A stretch of 64,000 nt of DNA. Origin: a virus. The notes beneath the pieces were generated by a model. It was not told the DNA's origin, searched no databases, and saw only the letters and a program-made list of their open reading frames with translations. Numbering within the stretch: the stretch's first letter is position 1; each line of letters begins with the position of its first letter. The stretch spans positions 18,149 to 82,148 of IMG/VR virus record IMGVR_UViG_3300032117_000015; one strand, given 5' to 3'. Shown here piece by piece: positions 60,314 to 64,000 of the stretch. Both the position numbers and the translations under genes were made by a program.

Positions 60314-61417
60314 ATGTTGGATGCACTAAAAAGTTTATTCGAGAACAATGTGATTTCTGAAGAGATCAAAGAGTCAATTGAAGCCGCTTTCGAGAGTCGT
60401 ATTAACGAAGCTCGTACACAAGTAGCTCAACAATTACGTGAAGAGTTTGCACAAAAATATGAACACGATAAAGCAACTATGATTGAAGCAGTTGATCGTA
60501 TGATCACTGACCAATTAAGTGCAGAAATCGTTGAATTTGCTGACGATCGTAACCAATTAGCTGAAATGAAAGTTAAGCTAGCACAAGAAAAGAAAGCAGT
60601 TGCTGAAACAATGAAGAGATTCGTTACACGTCAGTTAGCCGCCGAAGTTCGTGAGTTACATGAAGATCAAGTTGTAATGGCAAGCAAGTTCAGTAAACTA
60701 GAACAATTCGTAGTTGAGGCTCTAGCTCAAGAAATTACAGAGTTTGGACAAGACAAACGTGACCTAGCGGAAACTAAAGTACGCTTAGTTCGCGAGGGTC
60801 GCGAAGAAATCAAGAAGGTAAAACAACAATTTGTTAAACGTGCCGCAGATATGGTCAATAGTGTTGTAAGTGAAGGACTACGTTCTGAACTACATTCATT
60901 AAAAGAAGATATCGAATCAGCTCGTCGTGCAGATTTTGGCCGTAAGTTATTTGAAGCTTTTGCTTCTGAATACCAAGCGAGTTACCTAAATGAAAAATCG
61001 GAAACTGCAAAATTACTCAAAGTCATAGACTTGAAGGATTTAGCTATGCAAGAAGCCGCTCAGGCCGTTGTAAAAGCTGAACAAATCTTAGAAAGTAAAG
61101 AACAGGAAATCCGTGCTTTGAAAGAAGCTAAAGAAAGAAAAGAGATCATGAGCGAACTTTTAGCTCCGCTTAACGCAGAGCAAAAAGCAATCATGGGCGA
61201 ATTAATGGAGACTGTGAAAACAGAACGTCTAAACGAAAGTTTTGACAAGTATCTCCCAGCAGTACTTAACGGTTCAGCTGGCAAAGCTCCGCAGAAGAAA
61301 CAGGCACTAGTAGAGGCTAAAGAAATAACCGGAAATAAGATTTCCAACAACCAAAATAGCAGTGAGAACGATAGCAACATTGTTGACATTCGTCGTCTTG
61401 CTGGACTAAAATTTTAA
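60314..61417 (+). CDS. gp22: prohead scaffolding protein (T4 gp22-like)
   Basis: Coiled-coil protein located between the protease and the capsid gene. Confidence 0.8.
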   Translation: MLDALKSLFENNVISEEIKESIEAAFESRINEARTQVAQQLREEFAQKYEHDKATMIEAVDRMITDQLSAEIVEFADDRNQLAEMKVKLAQEKKAVAETMKRFVTRQLAAEVRELHEDQVVMASKFSKLEQFVVEALAQEITEFGQDKRDLAETKVRLVREGREEIKKVKQQFVKRAADMVNSVVSEGLRSELHSLKEDIESARRADFGRKLFEAFASEYQASYLNEKSETAKLLKVIDLKDLAMQEAAQAVVKAEQILESKEQEIRALKEAKERKEIMSELLAPLNAEQKAIMGELMETVKTERLNESFDKYLPAVLNGSAGKAPQKKQALVEAKEITGNKISNNQNSSENDSNIVDIRRLAGLKF

Positions 61418-61429
61418 GGAGAAATTTAA

Positions 61430-62605
61430 ATGTCAGAACTATTAACAGGACGTTGGGCAGAAACTAAGGAAGCCCTATTAGAAGGCTTACAAGGCACAAA
61501 AAAATCAGTAATGGGCGTAACCCTAGAAAATACTCGCAAGTATTTGATGGAATCTCCAACTGCTGGTGCCACTTCTGCTGGTAACGTTGCAACATTAAAC
61601 CGCGTGATTCTTCCAGTAATCCGTCGTGTTATGCCTACCGTTATTGCTAACGAATTAGTAGGTGTACAACCAATGACTGGTCCAGTAGGACAAATTCACA
61701 CATTGCGTGTTCGCTACAGCGATACAAGCTCTGGTGCTAACGTACTAGCTGGTGAAGAAGCACTAAGCCCATTCAAGATTGCGGCTTCTTATTCAGGTAA
61801 TGCTAACGACTCTTCTGCTAAAGCCGCTTCAACAGCTACTTTAGAAGGTGTTGCTGGTAACCGTTTAAGTATCCAAATCTTGAAACAAACAGTTGAAGCT
61901 AAAACTCGTAAATTGTCTGCTCGTTGGACATTTGAATCAGCTCAAGACGCACAAGCCCAGCAAGGTATTGACGTTGAAGCTGAAGTTATGGCGGCTCTTG
62001 CTCAAGAAATTACAGCTGAAATCGACCAAGAGATCATTGCATCTCTAATCACATTAGCTGGTACAGCTACTCAAACTTATGACCAATCACAAGTTTCAGG
62101 TACTGCAACATTCGTTGGTGACGAACACGCCGCATTGGCAGTTCAAATCAACCGCGTAAGCAACTTGATTGCTCAACGTACACGTCGTGGTGCTGGTAAC
62201 TATGCTGTTGTTTCTCCATTTGCATTGACAATTCTTCAATCTGCTACAACTAGTGCGTTTGCTCGTACTACAGAAGGCACATTCGAAGCTCCAACAAACA
62301 CTAAGTTCGTTGGTACATTGAACAACGCAATGAAAGTTTATGTTAACTCATATGCTCAAGATTCAACAAGTATCCTTATTGGTTACAAAGGTGCTAGCGA
62401 AAGCGATGCTCCAGCATTCTATTGCCCATACATTCCATTGATGAGCAGTGGTGTTGTTCTTGACCCATCAACATTTGAACCAGTCGTATCATTCATGACA
62501 CGTTATGGTTATGTTGAGTTGTCAAACACAGCAAGTTCTCTAGGTAATGCGGCTGACTATTTAGGTCTAGTTGGTATTACTTCAGCTAACGTTAAGTTCA
62601 GCTAA
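61430..62605 (+). CDS. gp23: major capsid protein (T4 gp23-like)
   Basis: GVQPMTGPVGQI, VEAKTRKLSARWT, EITAEIDQEII, FYCPYIPL and FMTRYG. Confidence 0.97.
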   Translation: MSELLTGRWAETKEALLEGLQGTKKSVMGVTLENTRKYLMESPTAGATSAGNVATLNRVILPVIRRVMPTVIANELVGVQPMTGPVGQIHTLRVRYSDTSSGANVLAGEEALSPFKIAASYSGNANDSSAKAASTATLEGVAGNRLSIQILKQTVEAKTRKLSARWTFESAQDAQAQQGIDVEAEVMAALAQEITAEIDQEIIASLITLAGTATQTYDQSQVSGTATFVGDEHAALAVQINRVSNLIAQRTRRGAGNYAVVSPFALTILQSATTSAFARTTEGTFEAPTNTKFVGTLNNAMKVYVNSYAQDSTSILIGYKGASESDAPAFYCPYIPLMSSGVVLDPSTFEPVVSFMTRYGYVELSNTASSLGNAADYLGLVGITSANVKFS

Positions 62606-62634
62606 ATCGAACTATTGCTTTATAGTAATAAAAT

Positions 62635-62659
62635 AAAAGGACTCTTCGGAGTCCTTTTT
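62635..62659 (+). terminator. intrinsic terminator after the major capsid gene
   Basis: AAAAGGACTC-TTCG-GAGTCCTTTTT with a cUUCGg loop. Confidence 0.92.
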
Positions 62660-62676
62660 GTTTGGGTAAATATAAG

Positions 62677-63261
62677 ATGCCTACCACAACAAAATTCTAT
62701 AATCCACAAACTCTTACAAACGTTAATGTAATGAATGAAATTATTAATACACCTAGTATTGATTGGAAATTTAACGGAGTAATTGCAGAAAATAATTATG
62801 CAACATCTAGTAAACCTCTTTACACTATTAGCGGATTATGGATGGAAAAGTTTTTAAGTAATACAAGTCAATTGTGGATGACAAATTTAAAAATTCCTGA
62901 TAACGGACAACAAGTTCAAGGAATAGAATTTCAATTGAATATCTTACGTGCCGCACGTATTGAAGATTTGTTAATACAACTAACACTAGGCGGACAATTA
63001 ATTGGTGATAATTATGCTAGCCTAGTTAATCCAGTACAAAGTGATATGTATACTGGAGATTTTACAGCACCTTTAGTACCAGTCGGCGATTATCATATCT
63101 ATGGTGGATCGTCAGATCTTTGGGGAACAACTGGGCTTACAAGCACAAATATAGCAGATCCAACATTTGGTGTAGTTGTTAGTTTTAAAAGTAATGCCAT
63201 TTATCCTCATAGAGATCTTGCTTATATCGACCAAGTTGGTGTAAGAATCACATACGCATAA
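62677..63261 (+). CDS. hypothetical late or structural protein
   Basis: The likely start is ATG 62677, directly after the late motif GGTAAATA. Confidence 0.7.
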   Translation: MPTTTKFYNPQTLTNVNVMNEIINTPSIDWKFNGVIAENNYATSSKPLYTISGLWMEKFLSNTSQLWMTNLKIPDNGQQVQGIEFQLNILRAARIEDLLIQLTLGGQLIGDNYASLVNPVQSDMYTGDFTAPLVPVGDYHIYGGSSDLWGTTGLTSTNIADPTFGVVVSFKSNAIYPHRDLAYIDQVGVRITYA

Positions 63262-63354
63262 ATACATAGTAACAACTCACATAGGGTGAGTTTTATGCAG
63301 AAATCCAACTGCGTACGGCCTAGAACGCCGTGTTTTTCATAAGGAGAAAACAAA
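63257..63354 (+). promoter_or_regulatory. late promoter plus multi-hairpin 5' leader
   Basis: CATAAATA (63257-63264) followed by three clear hairpins and a fourth over the RBS. Confidence 0.6.
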
Positions 63355-64000
63355 ATGGGACGTCCTCTTAATAAAAAGTACTTTAGCTCACGTAATGCGT
63401 CAGCATCAGGTACATATAGCCGCTCTGCCGCAGTTGATGCCGGCATTGGTGGTTCAAATATTGCAAGTCTTGCAACAGGCGGTACACTAACAGGTTATAC
63501 ATCTGGTGCTCCAAGTTTATCAATCTTTGGTCCACAACTTGCTAACGGTGTACAAGCTACAGCAGTTGCAGTTTTAACAGCGGCCGCGGCCAGTGTTACA
63601 AGTGGTGGTACAGGTTATCCAGCATCAAGTACATTTACAGTTTCAGTAACTGGTACAAATGTTCAAGGCGGTGGTACAGCAGTATTGAACGTTACAACAA
63701 ACGGTTCTGGCGTTATTACAACAGTTAACTCAGTAACTTCTGGCGGTACATGGACTGGCGCAACATCGGGTGCAACAGCTTTAACGGCAGTTGGTAGTAC
63801 ATTTACATCGGCCGCTACATTCACACTAACATCATTCACAATTACAAGTTATTCATTAACTAACAACGGTGGTGATGGTTATTTAGATTCTGCAGATACT
63901 AAGACCATGAGCATCACAGCAACTGACGGTAGTGGTAACATTACAGTTAGTTCGATTGATGAAATGGTTGTTGGTATGAAATTTACACCAAGCCAATCAA
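63355..64000 (+). CDS. G/S/T-rich virion structural protein (runs off the window)
   Basis: AAGGAG RBS; MGRPLNKKYFSSRNASASG... stays open to the window end. Not in the ORF track. Confidence 0.8.
   Translation, partial: MGRPLNKKYFSSRNASASGTYSRSAAVDAGIGGSNIASLATGGTLTGYTSGAPSLSIFGPQLANGVQATAVAVLTAAAASVTSGGTGYPASSTFTVSVTGTNVQGGGTAVLNVTTNGSGVITTVNSVTSGGTWTGATSGATALTAVGSTFTSAATFTLTSFTITSYSLTNNGGDGYLDSADTKTMSITATDGSGNITVSSIDEMVVGMKFTPSQS

Noticed and set aside
63222-63446. 74-aa minus-strand ORF across the structured leader
   Set aside because: It is antisense to two supported + strand genes and their promoter, with no evident RBS.
1-64000. Alternative genetic code or stop-codon reassignment, as seen in some large phages
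   Set aside because: Coding density is very high in the standard code, and TAA, TGA and TAG all end genes at sensible positions.

Overview
This is a 64 kb segment of a large, AT-rich T4-like (myovirus-type) phage genome that reads cleanly in the standard genetic code. The left + strand block (1-11.2 kb) holds nucleotide and DNA metabolism genes: the FolE 3' end, QueE, an RNase H-like 5'-3' exonuclease, a MoxR-type AAA ATPase with a vWA/HEXXH partner, and ThyX. A long - strand block (11.1-47.1 kb) holds baseplate and tail genes (gp53-, gp5-, gp25- and gp6-like, a 4945-aa giant protein, paralogous fibre proteins) and ends in a glycosyltransferase cluster. It is followed by late sigma gp55, gp47/gp46, a short GIY-YIG nuclease, and a roughly 460-nt non-coding region that folds by eye into a large RNA with a pseudoknot. 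After that come a gp26-like gene with a probable -1 frameshift, a tape-measure-like gene, and the head module (portal, protease, scaffold, major capsid). Late promoters with a TAAATA core and near-perfect sigma70 promoters are visible. The best candidates for novelty are the large structured RNA beside the GIY-YIG gene, the G/GT-like frameshift, promoter-overlapping hairpins that cover ribosome-binding sites, a structured leader at 63.3 kb, and a possible virion glycosylation module. All protein calls rest on motif recognition and gene order, and all RNA structures were folded by eye. No searches were run.
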